Positions 47,001 to 56,723 of a stretch of 64,000 bases of DNA are shown here, piece after piece; the stretch's first letter is position 1, and each line of letters opens with the position of its first letter. The stretch is from Polyangiaceae bacterium (GTDB taxonomy: Bacteria > Myxococcota_A > Polyangia > Polyangiales > Polyangiaceae). Position numbers and translations under genes: made by a program. A model generated the notes under the pieces. The model had not been told where the DNA came from. It searched no databases and was given only the letters and a program-made list of their open reading frames with translations. The stretch spans positions 1,152,001-1,216,000 of the forward strand of contig CBDCTZ010000014.1 in assembly GCA_965222375.1 (NCBI GenBank), in the 5' to 3' direction.

Positions 47001-48980
47001 CTAGGGGGGCTTGGGGGTGGATCCGGGGGAAGGCGATTCCGGGGGCCAGGGGCGGCCCTGCTCGAGGGCGTCGAGCATCGCCCGAGCGTATGGCGCGTTG
47101 TGCGCGGCGGCGCCATGGTCGTCCAGAATCAAACTGAGCCAGCGCGCCACTTCGGGAAGCTCTTGCGCGTGGGCCGGGCGGGCTGCCGTTGGTAGGGGTC
47201 GCCGAACCCGTTTCTTCCATAAGGCCTGTGCGCGTTCGGCGATGGAGCCCTCCTCCGGCCGCTTCTCCATCACCGGGGGCTCATGGCAGCGCGAGCACAC
47301 ACTCACCCGTACGGCGAAATCGTGACTCGCGCCCCGGGGGCTGTCATCCCGCGCGCCGTGGCAGTCGGTGCAGACCAGTTGTGCGTGGGGTGGCTTCACG
47401 CCTGGCGCTCGGGCGAACATGAGGCTGGCTTGGCCCGGGCCGCCGGACTGCGATGCGTGGCAGGCGATGCACACGCGCGCGGTGGTTGGGGATTTTTCCG
47501 GCTTGGGGAACCCCTTCGGGTAGGCAACAAGGCGTAGCAGCTGCGGCGCGGTCTTGGGGGCGTGAGCGGCGTGACAGGTTTGACAAGACAGCCCGTGCGA
47601 CTGCTGCGGTGGCGCCTGGCGCGGTTTGGTCGAGGCGCCAATGCGAACCAGGAAGCCCGCCGTGGTGTGGCAACCGTTGCAGGGCTCGGCGTCGGTCCCT
47701 TTTCTACGCTGGCTCTGCGCCATGCGCGTCTTTTTGTAGCGGACGACATGCTCGTACTCCGGGGGAAAGTCGTGGCAGGTGGCGCATACCGCGGTGCGTA
47801 GGACGGACCACGCGGCACTCGGCGCCGGAATGGCGCCGGGACCGTGGCAAGCCGTGCAGGTGACACCGGAGACCCGCCGCGCATCCCGGGGTAGGCGGTC
47901 AAATGCCCCGGAGCCGATCTTCACGGCCGGATTCCAGCCGAAGCGCGCCAAAACCGAGTCGTAGCCACCGTCATCCACACCAATTTCCCCCGTGGTGTGG
48001 CAGCCGCTCACGCAGGAGCTGTTGTAGCCGTCCAACTTGCCCGTCACTCCGCGCTGGAAGATGGTCGTCATCGGACTCTTTTGGGCATGCATGGAGACTT
48101 CGCGATGGCACTCGGCGCGACCGCAATCCTGGGGACCGTCGCCGTGAGCGCCCACGGTCAATTCGAGGGACTGCTTTGCCGGGCCGCTCAGGACGAAGCG
48201 ACCCAGCGCGTCGGGGAGTAGTGAGCTGTTGTCTCCGTGGCTCTTGGTGTCAGTTTTGGAGCCCTTTGGGCGCTCTTTGACGGTCCACGCACCGGTGAAC
48301 CAAACCCGATGCCCGCGTGCAACGCTCGGCAGGCCGGTTGCCCGAGTCTGCGCGGCCAAGGTGAATAGTTGCTCCACCTTGCGCTCTGTGCCCTCCCAGG
48401 TCGCCGACAGCACCGTACGCGCGCTCGTGCGCGGCGACGCAGCAAGGAGCCCCGGGGCACGCGGCGTTCCGTGAAGGCTCTCGAGGCTGGGTGTGCGACC
48501 GTGAACCATGCGCCCGTTTTGCGAAATGCTCAGGTTCAGATTGGCGCCTTGGACCGCTTTCCATACCACCGGCCCGGTCTTGGCGGCTTGGCAGCCCGGC
48601 TGCACCCGAAACGAGAAGGGCGCGTCGTATCCCAGCTGCGCCATGTTTTCGAGGTCTACACGAAAGAACGCTCCGAGCTTCACCCGCTTGGTCTTAGGGT
48701 CCGTCAAGTCGACGCTCTGGCTGCAAGCGCCGTCCGCCGTCAGCTCGATGGTCTTCGCGTCATCCGCCGGCAGCTCCAATTCGATCCGATGCGGGCCGCG
48801 CTCGACTCGGATGGCGGTGAGGGCAGGCTTCCAGCTCAGGCTCTGCAACCGAACCGCTCTGGGCTCATCGGTGGTCACGACGATGGTGCGGGTCTGTTTG
48901 GATGGGGCGGGCGGGGGCTTTTCCGTGCACCCGCTGAGGGCTGCCCCAAGCAGCAACGAGCAGCCGCCGAGACGCTTCAT
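47001..48980 (-). CDS. Multiheme c-type cytochrome lipoprotein
   Basis: Lipobox ALSGC; seven CxxCH (CTACH, CATCH, CNGCH, CQTCH, CIACH, CTDCH, CSRCH) plus CGRAECH and CVSGCH. Confidence 0.88.
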   Translation of the reverse strand: MKRLGGCSLLLGAALSGCTEKPPPAPSKQTRTIVVTTDEPRAVRLQSLSWKPALTAIRVERGPHRIELELPADDAKTIELTADGACSQSVDLTDPKTKRVKLGAFFRVDLENMAQLGYDAPFSFRVQPGCQAAKTGPVVWKAVQGANLNLSISQNGRMVHGRTPSLESLHGTPRAPGLLAASPRTSARTVLSATWEGTERKVEQLFTLAAQTRATGLPSVARGHRVWFTGAWTVKERPKGSKTDTKSHGDNSSLLPDALGRFVLSGPAKQSLELTVGAHGDGPQDCGRAECHREVSMHAQKSPMTTIFQRGVTGKLDGYNSSCVSGCHTTGEIGVDDGGYDSVLARFGWNPAVKIGSGAFDRLPRDARRVSGVTCTACHGPGAIPAPSAAWSVLRTAVCATCHDFPPEYEHVVRYKKTRMAQSQRRKGTDAEPCNGCHTTAGFLVRIGASTKPRQAPPQQSHGLSCQTCHAAHAPKTAPQLLRLVAYPKGFPKPEKSPTTARVCIACHASQSGGPGQASLMFARAPGVKPPHAQLVCTDCHGARDDSPRGASHDFAVRVSVCSRCHEPPVMEKRPEEGSIAERAQALWKKRVRRPLPTAARPAHAQELPEVARWLSLILDDHGAAAHNAPYARAMLDALEQGRPWPPESPSPGSTPKPP

Positions 48981-49732
48981 CCAGGTTGGTCCTTGCAGCG
49001 CGTCAAATCGCAGCGACCCGAGGGACAATCTTTATCGCCCCAGCAATCGGTTTTCAGGATTTTGGGCAGGCACCTGCCCTCGACACAGCCGGCTCCGATC
49101 GGGCAGGGGGCCACGGTGCATTTCTGGCCCACGCGCGCGCTCGCCTTCTTGATGCAAACGCGACCCGACGCGCCCGCCTCGTGTTCGAAGTGACAGCTCC
49201 AGGGGCCGCCGCCCGGAGGCAGATCCGGAGAGAAGTCCAAGCACAGACGCTCTTTGGGGTGGCCCCGGCGGGGCCCGCAGACCCAGCCCGGGTCCGGCTT
49301 GCCCTCGGGTGCGCCCGCGGTTTTCGCGTGGCCGCGACATGCGACGACGCCGGCAACGTCTCCACACTCCCAGGCTCCGTCATCGGGCATTCGCGGATGG
49401 CGCTGTCGACAGCGCTTGTCCTTGCAGGAAAACGCATCCGCTCGAACCGACCGATCGAAGCACTTTCGCTCGGCAGCCTGGCCAACGCATCGAAAGCGCT
49501 CGGGGTCGACGGTGTCGGGCAGAGGCCGCGGCACGAGCTTTGGCTGGGGACCGAAGCAGACCCGCACCTCGGCGACGTCGAGGCACTGGCCTTGGGTGTC
49601 TTCGGGCGCAGGCGAGGGGAGCTCGAAGCTCGACAGTTCGCTGGGCTCGCTCTTGTCTTGGGCCGGACTGGGTGCTTGCTGACACGCAAGCGCGGTGCTT
49701 GCCAGCGCGGACGCTGCCAGCCGGGACTTCAT
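48977..49732 (-). CDS. Cys-rich hypothetical lipoprotein
   Basis: Lipobox TALAC; many Cys; ATGA overlap with cytochrome gene. Confidence 0.75.
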   Translation of the reverse strand: MKSRLAASALASTALACQQAPSPAQDKSEPSELSSFELPSPAPEDTQGQCLDVAEVRVCFGPQPKLVPRPLPDTVDPERFRCVGQAAERKCFDRSVRADAFSCKDKRCRQRHPRMPDDGAWECGDVAGVVACRGHAKTAGAPEGKPDPGWVCGPRRGHPKERLCLDFSPDLPPGGGPWSCHFEHEAGASGRVCIKKASARVGQKCTVAPCPIGAGCVEGRCLPKILKTDCWGDKDCPSGRCDLTRCKDQPG

Positions 49733-49735
49733 TGT

Positions 49736-51505
49736 TCACCCTGCGCGCACGACACGCTTCTTGCGCAACGTGGCGTTGGCGGTCGTCACATCCGTGTACA
49801 CCAGCGCGCCGGCCGCACCGCGGGACAGTTCGGCGGCGTTGGCTTCGTCGGTATCGATGTGCATCTCTAACTTGTACTTCTTGCTGACGCGCACCAGCAC
49901 GTCTCCGAAAACCAAGTCCCGGGGACCACCGGTCACGGCCACCTCGACCTCATCGCCGTTTTCCACGCCGTATGCTTCCGCGTCTGTCGGCGTCATGTGG
50001 ATGTGGCGCTTGGCGCAGATCAGTCCCTCCGCAAGCTGCAAGGTTCCCTTCGGTCCTTCCAGGGTCACCGGCGCGGAACCGTCGACCTTGCCAGAATCGC
50101 GAATTGGGGCGTCCACACCGAGCTTGAATTCGTCTGTGCGCGAGACCTCGACCTGGTTCTTGCCCCGGAGTGGACCGAGTAGACGCACGCCGTCGATGCG
50201 ACCTCGGGGCCCAACCAACGTGAGCTTTTCCTCGCAAGCAAACTGGCCGGGTTGGGAGATCTCTTTGTACAGCGTGGGCTGGGCTCCCGCGCCGAAGAGC
50301 TTCTCGAAAGTCTCTTGGTTCAAGTGGATGTGGCGTGCGCTGATGGCGATGGGGATGGGGCCCGGTGGCTCTTTGCGGCTGTGCTCGGCCACCACGCCGG
50401 CGGTTTGTTGCGCGATGTTGAGTTCCTCATTCGTCTTGACGACGAGCACTCGGACTCTGGAATTGTCAGTGCCGATGCTGGCAACCGGCGACTCGTGGCT
50501 GACGCTGGCCAAGCTGTTCTTGTCTTCATCCAGGCTCAGGCCCAAGAACTCCAGGCGCTGCAGAATGCGACGACGCATGCTGGTGCTGTTTTCCCCGATG
50601 CCACCGGTCAGCACCACGGCGTCGACGCCGCCCATGGCCGCTGCAAGGGCACCAATGTAGCGTTTGACGCGATGGGCGTAGACGGTGATCGCCAACCGGC
50701 ACGCGTCGTCCCCTTCAGACGCACGTCGCTCGATGTCTCTCAGATCGTTGCCGACGCCGGATAGGCCGCTCAGGCCGCTCTCCTTGTTCAGCAGCCGGTC
50801 CACATCGTCGACGGTCTTGCCAGCGCGGAGCAGAGCCAGCACCGCACCGGGATCTATGTCGCCGCTCCGAGTGCCCATTACGAGCCCCTCCAGGGGCGTC
50901 ATGCCCATGCTCGTGTCCGTGGAGTGTCCGTACTCCACGGCGCACGCACTTGCCCCATTGCCCAGATGGAGCGTCAAGACGCGAAGGTCCCTCAAGCTGC
51001 TCTGCATATGCGCGGCGGCCAACTCCGCGACGTAGGCGTGGGAGGTGCCGTGAAATCCGTAGCGATAGATGCCATGTTCTTCCGCCAAGCCATTGGGGAT
51101 CGCGTAGGTCCGCGCCCTGCGGGGCATTCGCGCGTGAAACGCCGTGTCAAAGACTGCGACGTGCGGGATGTCAGGCAGAGCGCGTCGGGCAGCGCGAATG
51201 GCGAGCAAATTGGCTGGATTGTGTAAAGGAGCCAGTATGCTGGTTTTTTCGATGGCGGCTTCGACTTCGTCGGTTATCTGAACTGCTCCCGAGAACTCTT
51301 TGCCGCCGTGCACCACGCGGTGCCCCACGGCTTGAACCAGCTTGTCGCTGATTTGCTCCAGGACCCGCGCGACCGCCTCCTCGTGACTGCCGCCGCCTTG
51401 CCCAATGCGGTCCACGTTCAGGCGGAAGGAGGCTTCCCGGGTTTCGGTGTCAACGAGCTGCGCTTTTAGGGAAGACGAGCCGGAATTCAGCACCAAGACC
51501 TGCAT
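49736..51505 (-). CDS. ackA: Acetate kinase fused to PduL-type phosphotransacylase
   Basis: LVLNSGSSSLK, GHRVVHGG, APLHNP, YGFHGTSH, TPLEGLVMGTRSGD, TGGIGEN; then ISARHIHL, KRHIHMTP, EMHIDTDEANAA. Confidence 0.92.
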   Translation of the reverse strand: MQVLVLNSGSSSLKAQLVDTETREASFRLNVDRIGQGGGSHEEAVARVLEQISDKLVQAVGHRVVHGGKEFSGAVQITDEVEAAIEKTSILAPLHNPANLLAIRAARRALPDIPHVAVFDTAFHARMPRRARTYAIPNGLAEEHGIYRYGFHGTSHAYVAELAAAHMQSSLRDLRVLTLHLGNGASACAVEYGHSTDTSMGMTPLEGLVMGTRSGDIDPGAVLALLRAGKTVDDVDRLLNKESGLSGLSGVGNDLRDIERRASEGDDACRLAITVYAHRVKRYIGALAAAMGGVDAVVLTGGIGENSTSMRRRILQRLEFLGLSLDEDKNSLASVSHESPVASIGTDNSRVRVLVVKTNEELNIAQQTAGVVAEHSRKEPPGPIPIAISARHIHLNQETFEKLFGAGAQPTLYKEISQPGQFACEEKLTLVGPRGRIDGVRLLGPLRGKNQVEVSRTDEFKLGVDAPIRDSGKVDGSAPVTLEGPKGTLQLAEGLICAKRHIHMTPTDAEAYGVENGDEVEVAVTGGPRDLVFGDVLVRVSKKYKLEMHIDTDEANAAELSRGAAGALVYTDVTTANATLRKKRVVRAG

Positions 51506-51596
51506 GCCGACCCCATAACACGCCTTCGGTTTTTGGCCCTTCAGGAAACCGGATTTCCGCTTCGGCCGTAGATGATAAGCTGAAGGACCAACCGAG

Positions 51597-52244
51597 ATGA
51601 GAGCTTCAATCCCCTACCTCAGTGTCGCCGTGGTGCTAGCCCTGGGCTGCCAGAAGGAAGCCCCAGCGGACCCAGCTCCAACGGCGGAGCCCGCCCAATC
51701 CGCGCCCGCCAAAGCGGAGGAGCCACCTCCCGAGAAGGTGGAAGCCGTCGCGAGCGCTGCGCCAAGCGCCAGCGCCGATCCCGAAGTCGCCCCGAAGGCG
51801 ACCGAGAAGTCCCCCGCTGCTGTCGCCAAAAAGCCCGGCCCGGCAGTCGCTCCCGCGCCGAAGGCCGAAGAGCGCAAGGTCAAGACCGTGCGTGGGTCGT
51901 CCGCTTCCGGGACTGGATTTGCCGTCTCCATTCAAGCCAAGAGCCCGGTGCGGAGCGGCGAAAGTTCCACCGCGACGGTCGTGCTCAGCTCGAAGGACCC
52001 CTTCAAGTGCAACGACAAGTATCCCTACAAGATGGCGCTTAGCGCTCCCAGTGGCGTCAGTTTCGCGTCTCAGACAGTTCGTGGCGCCAGCATTGGGAAA
52101 AAGACGACCACTCTCGGAATCCCTTTCACTGCCGGGCCCAAAGGCAAAGGCACAATTGCCGGCACCTTTTCCTTCTCCGTCTGCACCGACGACAAGTGCC
52201 TGATCGAGAAGCGACCGCTGTCCGTGACAATCGACGTCGACTGA
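51597..52244 (+). CDS. Hypothetical lipoprotein with Ig-like (DsbD-N-like) C-terminal domain
   Basis: Lipobox LALGC; Pro/Ala linker; FKCNDKYPYK...FSVCTDDKCLIEK. Confidence 0.7.
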   Translation: MRASIPYLSVAVVLALGCQKEAPADPAPTAEPAQSAPAKAEEPPPEKVEAVASAAPSASADPEVAPKATEKSPAAVAKKPGPAVAPAPKAEERKVKTVRGSSASGTGFAVSIQAKSPVRSGESSTATVVLSSKDPFKCNDKYPYKMALSAPSGVSFASQTVRGASIGKKTTTLGIPFTAGPKGKGTIAGTFSFSVCTDDKCLIEKRPLSVTIDVD

Positions 52245-52376
52245 CGTTTTGACATCGCGCGTCGCGTTGCCGGCCGATCTGTCGGTGGGCGCACAGGAGG
52301 CCGCGTAACACTGCCGGTTTTTTTTGCGACTTGCGCCGGCGACGCCACTGGCACGATCCTTCCATGGGTTGCTACG

Positions 52377-53285
52377 GTGGCGGAGGTTCAACCGATTGTC
52401 GTTGGCATGCTCGCGCTCAGCGCGATCGGGGTGTGCGTTGGCATGCTCGCGGGGCCTACCCGGCCGCGCCGCGTTGCCGCGCTGGCCCTCGGTCTGCTGT
52501 CACTCTTGGTGCCGCTCTCATTGCCGAGTGAGGCCGTTTTGGCTCGGGGCTTGACCGCCCTGTGGACCATCATGATCGTGCTCCGCAGCATCGACCTTGC
52601 GACTGAGCGGCGCACGTCGCCGCTTCCAATACGGATTGCGTTGATGTTCGTGGCCTTCGACATTCGAGCTGCGCGGCGCTGCACGCCAGAGGTCCAGCCA
52701 CGTGCCCTCGCGGTGGGGGTGCTGTTGGCGCTGTTGGGAGTGGCGGCGTTGATCGGAGCAATCGTGTTTTCGCCACGGCTAGCCTCCCCTTGGCAATACC
52801 CGCTGCGTTGGCTCGCGGGTGCCGTCTTCGTCTACGCCACCGCGGACGCGGCGAACTTCTTGGTCACGGCTGGCTACCGCGGCCTGGGTTGGAAGATCCC
52901 GCCTCAGCACGATCACCCGATCTTGAGTCGTTCCATCGCCGAGTTCTGGTCCAAGCGCTGGAACATCAACGTGCACGCCTGGCTGATGCGGCATGCCTTT
53001 CGTCCGTTTGCTGCACGCGGTCGGCCGGAGCTCGGGTTGTGCTTCGCATTTTTCGTCAGCGCGCTTCTGCATTGGTGGCTGATCTACGCCGCACTGGGGG
53101 TTGCGTGGGCCCTACTCATGGGCGCGTTCTTTCTGTTGCAGGGCTTGCTCGTGCTCGTGGAGCGTGCCGTGCGCATCAGCCGCTTGTCCCCGCCGCTGCA
53201 GCGAGCCTGGACCGTGGGCTGGATGATCTTGACGACGCCGCTATTCATGGAGCCCTTCCTCAGGCTGGTCCCTGTTTCATCCTGA
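52377..53285 (+). CDS. MBOAT (wax synthase-like) membrane acyltransferase
   Basis: PILSRSIAEFWSKRWN, FFVSALLH, FFLLQG; multi-TM. Confidence 0.85.
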   Translation: MAEVQPIVVGMLALSAIGVCVGMLAGPTRPRRVAALALGLLSLLVPLSLPSEAVLARGLTALWTIMIVLRSIDLATERRTSPLPIRIALMFVAFDIRAARRCTPEVQPRALAVGVLLALLGVAALIGAIVFSPRLASPWQYPLRWLAGAVFVYATADAANFLVTAGYRGLGWKIPPQHDHPILSRSIAEFWSKRWNINVHAWLMRHAFRPFAARGRPELGLCFAFFVSALLHWWLIYAALGVAWALLMGAFFLLQGLLVLVERAVRISRLSPPLQRAWTVGWMILTTPLFMEPFLRLVPVSS

Positions 53286-53369
53286 TGGGACGTCCCTCAA
53301 ACACCCGGCTTTTCTCGAAATTTCGGCCGGCGTAGGTGCAAGTGGGGCTCATGCAACTACAATGAAGGC

Positions 53370-54680
53370 ATGAGCTTAGCGCGCCTCGGGCACGCCATTA
53401 TCCTCTTGCTCCCCCTGTCTTGTGCATCGCTGCTCGACTACGACGAGCTGTCGTTCGAGGGGCAGGACGCGGGAGACTCGAGCGGGGGGATCGGTGGAAC
53501 GGGCGGCACTGCACTGGGTGGCTTCGCGGGCGTTGCAGGCGTCGGCGGCGGCTCCGGTGGCATGTCCGGCGGAGCTGGCACAGGCAGCGGTGGAGTGAGC
53601 GGCAGCGCGGGGGTGGGTGCAACCGGGGGCGGCACCTCGACCGGGGGTACGTCGTCAGGGGGCAGTGGGGGCAGTCTGGGCCCCTGCGCGAGCGTGCAAT
53701 GCGGAAAAGGCGAGTACTGCGATCCCGCGGACAAACAGTGCAAATGCTCACCCGGCTTCATCGACAACGGCGGCAAATGCGAGATGGACCTCCCGGGAGA
53801 TCCCGCGACCCACACCACCAAACAGGTTTGCGACAAGTGGAAGTGGGGCAATACCGTAGTGGACAGTTCGCCCTGGACCGCGGGCCCGAGCGAATGCGAT
53901 CCGGGCACGTTGTCCCAAGCAGGCATCAACGACGCCGTTCGCCGTATCAATATGTTCCGATGGCTGATCGGCCTAGGTCCCGTCGAGGACGAACCGTCCA
54001 TGAACGAGACCAGTCGCTGGTGCGCTCCCCTGGCGTCTTGGAACCCGCCAGGCAGCTTGAGCTGCACGAAATACCCTTCCTGTTGCCCTAACGGCTGCTC
54101 CTCGCATCAGCCGCCGAAAGCTGCCAAGTGCTACACGGCCGCGGGCGCTCAGGGCACGAGCGGGTCGAACCTTGCTTGGGGCAATTCCGTGTCCCAATCC
54201 ATGACCCAGCTCATCGACGACGGCAGCAGCGGTAAGACGGATCCCACAGGGCTGGGCCTTGGCCACCGACAATGGCTGTTCAAGGCAACTCTGGGTCAAG
54301 TTGGCATCGGTCACTACGCCGGTGGGGGCCAGTACGGCCGTGCCACCTGCAACGCGGTATTCGGCGGTGGCGGGGGTGGACCGAATCCGTCCTGGTATGC
54401 ATTGCCGCCTCCGGGGCCATCGCCGCTACCGATCTTCAACTATGCGTGGAGCTTCCATGCCAAGAGCAGCCTGAGCAAGGCTACAGCTAGTGTGAAGCTG
54501 AAGAGCAACGGTACGCCGCGAGCAGTCAAATTCGCGCCCTCGACATTTCCGGTGATTCCCACGCTGGTAATCATCCCCGACGGCTGGAAGCCGAAGGTCG
54601 GCGAACAATACGAAGTGACCGTCACTGGTTTCACTGGCGGTCCGGCGACCTACGTCGTCGAGCCCGTCAGCTGTCCCTGA
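53370..54680 (+). CDS. Lipoprotein with Gly-rich linker, EGF-like and CAP/SCP-like domains
   Basis: Lipobox LPLSC; CKCSPGF; RINMFRWLIGL, SHQPP, SNLAWG, LGHRQWL. Confidence 0.75.
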   Translation: MSLARLGHAIILLLPLSCASLLDYDELSFEGQDAGDSSGGIGGTGGTALGGFAGVAGVGGGSGGMSGGAGTGSGGVSGSAGVGATGGGTSTGGTSSGGSGGSLGPCASVQCGKGEYCDPADKQCKCSPGFIDNGGKCEMDLPGDPATHTTKQVCDKWKWGNTVVDSSPWTAGPSECDPGTLSQAGINDAVRRINMFRWLIGLGPVEDEPSMNETSRWCAPLASWNPPGSLSCTKYPSCCPNGCSSHQPPKAAKCYTAAGAQGTSGSNLAWGNSVSQSMTQLIDDGSSGKTDPTGLGLGHRQWLFKATLGQVGIGHYAGGGQYGRATCNAVFGGGGGGPNPSWYALPPPGPSPLPIFNYAWSFHAKSSLSKATASVKLKSNGTPRAVKFAPSTFPVIPTLVIIPDGWKPKVGEQYEVTVTGFTGGPATYVVEPVSCP

Positions 54681-54745
54681 GCCCGCGGTCTTGCCGAGGA
54701 AGATCTGTCATCGCGCTCGGCTTGGGCGCGAGGTTCGACCCATCG

Positions 54746-56002
54746 TCAGCCGAGGCGGTTGAGATCCCCGCCGGCTATGTTGTCGGGGCTCGCGTTGACG
54801 AGAAAGCCATGTAGCTCGCTGAGCCCGGCCATTACCCGCGCCCCGAGTTCACTGGGCTGCCCCTCAGCGGTCAGAGTTCGTAGTCCTCGCTCGTTGGCAG
54901 CAAGTACTTCCTGGCGCCGCCGTCGAAATGCGTCGGTGTTTGCCACGGGGTGCTGAAGCGCCGCGAGTTGGTAGTGGAGCGCGGCCACGGGAACGAAAGC
55001 ATGTACTGCGAGCAATACGCCGCTCAGGGGACGCAAATCCGGCCGCACTTCGGACTTGGTCCATACGGTGTCCCCGTTTTCCAGGAGGGGATCGAACCAA
55101 CGCAATAGATTCAGCTTGCCGTGCTGAGTTTCGTGCACGATCGCCTCTGCCATCGTGAGCAGCGACGGATGGAGAGTCATGTAGATCAGGCCCGGGCCCT
55201 CACGATAGGAGGCGGAGTAGTGGCGTTCTGGTTCGAATCCCACAGGCACGATGCGCTCCAAGTTGGTGTGCACCTCTTCTCCCAGTGTGGGAATGGCGTT
55301 TGCGACGAGTTCGAGGGCCGACTGCAAAGTGGCGCGCCAGTCTTCGACGCTTTTGCCGCCCAGGTCGAGTTGGTTGCCGCTCTTGTCCGGATGTTCTTCC
55401 AGCGAAAACAGCGGGTTGCTATCTGCCAGAGCCAGCGCAGGCCCGTCGTCAGTGCCGAGGGGACGCAAGAACCTCTCGCGCTGTAGCGCGGCTGGAGGCG
55501 GCGCGTCTCCCAATAGATCGAAGTGGTTGCCGGTCGTGAGTCGCAGGTTGGCCGCGGATCCGGCTATTGCGAGCCCCAAGGCCGGTTCTTCACAGTGAGT
55601 AACGCAACCCGCGACGGGGTCGAAGACTTCGGTCACTGGAAAATCCCAGAGCACACGTTCTTGGGAGTTGCTCGGGAGGCTTCGCGCCAGGCTCACCAAC
55701 ATCGCCGGCACTGAAGTTGAAAGGGCCGCCGACAATTCCGTGATGCCACTCTTGGCAGCTAGCAGTGGAACCAACACGTCCACCCTCTGCAGAGCGCTCA
55801 CCAGCACGCGCTTGTGCGTTGTTCGAAGCACCGCCTCGAGAAACCCCTGAAGACGGCCCAGGGCAGGGCCGGCGGGGCCAGCTTCGGAGCTTCGCGCGGA
55901 AAGGAGTGAGTGCAGCGCAGTGAGCGCCAGTTTGCGGCGCAGGGTCCCGACGCTGCGATCTCCGCTAGGCGGAAGTACGAGAAAGCCGATCGGAAGAACC
56001 AC
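54746..56002 (-). CDS. HExxH-domain (alphaKG-HExxH type) peptide-modification protein
   Basis: SAS...PGLIYM, AEAIVHETQHGKLNLL, RPDLRPLSGVLLAVHAF; start uncertain. Confidence 0.8.
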   Translation of the reverse strand: MVLPIGFLVLPPSGDRSVGTLRRKLALTALHSLLSARSSEAGPAGPALGRLQGFLEAVLRTTHKRVLVSALQRVDVLVPLLAAKSGITELSAALSTSVPAMLVSLARSLPSNSQERVLWDFPVTEVFDPVAGCVTHCEEPALGLAIAGSAANLRLTTGNHFDLLGDAPPPAALQRERFLRPLGTDDGPALALADSNPLFSLEEHPDKSGNQLDLGGKSVEDWRATLQSALELVANAIPTLGEEVHTNLERIVPVGFEPERHYSASYREGPGLIYMTLHPSLLTMAEAIVHETQHGKLNLLRWFDPLLENGDTVWTKSEVRPDLRPLSGVLLAVHAFVPVAALHYQLAALQHPVANTDAFRRRRQEVLAANERGLRTLTAEGQPSELGARVMAGLSELHGFLVNASPDNIAGGDLNRLG

Positions 56003-56144
56003 CTGGATTGTCGCAGTTTGGCACGAACTCCGGGGGATCGGGGGCCTTCATGTAGGTAAATGTCGCACCTGTCAGAACCGGAAGGTGGACCCGATACCTA
56101 GGAAAGCTACTATTCCTCTGATTCTCAGAATTACTTCGGAACCT

Positions 56145-56723
56145 ATGACCACGGCCTCCCTCACTTCGCACGAAGTCGCGCGTCTGATTCGCGTGAGCCC
56201 GTCGACCGTACTGTCCTGGATCGACAAGGGACTTCTACCCGCGTATCGGACCGTTGGAGGCCATCGCCGGGTGGACTCCAACAATCTGGTCAGCTTCTTG
56301 CGCCAGCACGAAATGCCGGTGCCGCGCGCCCTTTCGCCAGTTCAGCGTCTTCTCGTCATCGACGACGAAGAACGCTTCTTGAGCACCGCCAAACGACTGT
56401 TGGAGCGCGAGCTGAAGCCCGTTGAAGTCGCCACGGCATTGGGGCCCATCGAGGGTTTGTTGAGAGTCGGGAGCTTCCGCCCAGACGCGGTGCTGCTGGA
56501 CGCAATGATGCCGGGCATCGACGGCGTCGAAGTGTGCCGCAGGCTGCACCGAGCGCCCGAGACGTCCCACGTCATGGTCGTCGCTCTGACCGGAAACCCA
56601 TCCCAGGAACTAGCAGACGCGTTTCTAAAGGCGGGGGCCGTCGCGTGTCTTACCAAGCCCATCAACCTGGCGAGGATCCGGGAAGTGTTGGGCGTGAATC
56701 ATGAGAAAGAGGCGTCGCCATGA
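56145..56723 (+). CDS. Response regulator with N-terminal excisionase/MerR-like HTH
   Basis: LTSHEVARLIRVSPSTVLSWIDKG...RTVGGHRR; REC LVIDDE, LLDAMMPGIDG, LTKP. Confidence 0.9.
   Translation: MTTASLTSHEVARLIRVSPSTVLSWIDKGLLPAYRTVGGHRRVDSNNLVSFLRQHEMPVPRALSPVQRLLVIDDEERFLSTAKRLLERELKPVEVATALGPIEGLLRVGSFRPDAVLLDAMMPGIDGVEVCRRLHRAPETSHVMVVALTGNPSQELADAFLKAGAVACLTKPINLARIREVLGVNHEKEASP

Noticed and set aside
52349..52363. Sigma54-like TGGCACGatccTTCC upstream of the MBOAT gene
   Set aside because: The -12 GC is replaced by CC
56145..56330. Excisionase-like HTH as sign of a prophage or integrative element
   Set aside because: Fused to a REC domain; no integrase or att-like repeats seen
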